Assembly: GCA_030390025.1 (NCBI GenBank)
Contig: CM059432.1
Span: 83,020,001 to 83,084,000 of the forward strand
Source of the DNA: Squalus acanthias
Taxonomy: Eukaryota
Direction: 5' to 3'
Length of the DNA stretch: 64,000 bases
The position numbers were made by a program, and so were the translations under genes. This document shows positions 63,943 to 64,000 of this stretch, one piece after another. The notes under the pieces were generated by a model that worked only from the letters and a program-made list of their open reading frames with translations, made no database searches and was not told the origin of the DNA. Positions within the stretch are counted from its first letter, which is position 1. Every line of letters begins with the position of its first letter.

Positions 63943-64000
63943 AACTATCCTTGGCCCCCTCCTATTTCTCAACTCTATGCTGCCTCTCAGCAACATCATC
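63943..64000 (+). mobile_element. L2 RT fragment running off the window end
   Basis: atccttggccccctcctatttctcaactctatgctgcctctcagcaacatcatc = ILGPLLFLNSMLPLSNII (L2 RT motif GPLLFxxYxxPLxxII). Confidence 0.7.

Overview
This is repeat-rich, non-coding vertebrate genomic DNA (intronic or intergenic), most likely from a cartilaginous fish. That assignment is inferred from the repeat content: abundant CR1 LINEs with an esterase-type ORF1, SacSINE1-like DeuSINEs, L2 fragments and a Penelope element. I found no intact host protein-coding gene. Nearly all ORFs in the track are decayed retrotransposon fragments or chance ORFs. The interest lies in the architecture: (i) a Vingi/Ingi-type LINE inserted with a twin-priming-style 5' inversion and a 13-bp target-site duplication (TSD); (ii) a family of GGCC-ended MITE-like elements built from a series of hairpins whose structure persists although the sequence differs; (iii) a minimal hammerhead ribozyme motif in a Penelope 3' region; (iv) a ~1.1-kb hAT-type element with a perfect 8-bp TSD and CpG-rich, promoter-like cargo; (v) a palindromic element split by a CR1; and (vi) several repair or rearrangement scars. 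There is one reasonable non-coding exon candidate on the minus strand. Element boundaries are approximate unless a TSD or TIR is quoted. Family names come from motif recognition, not database searches.
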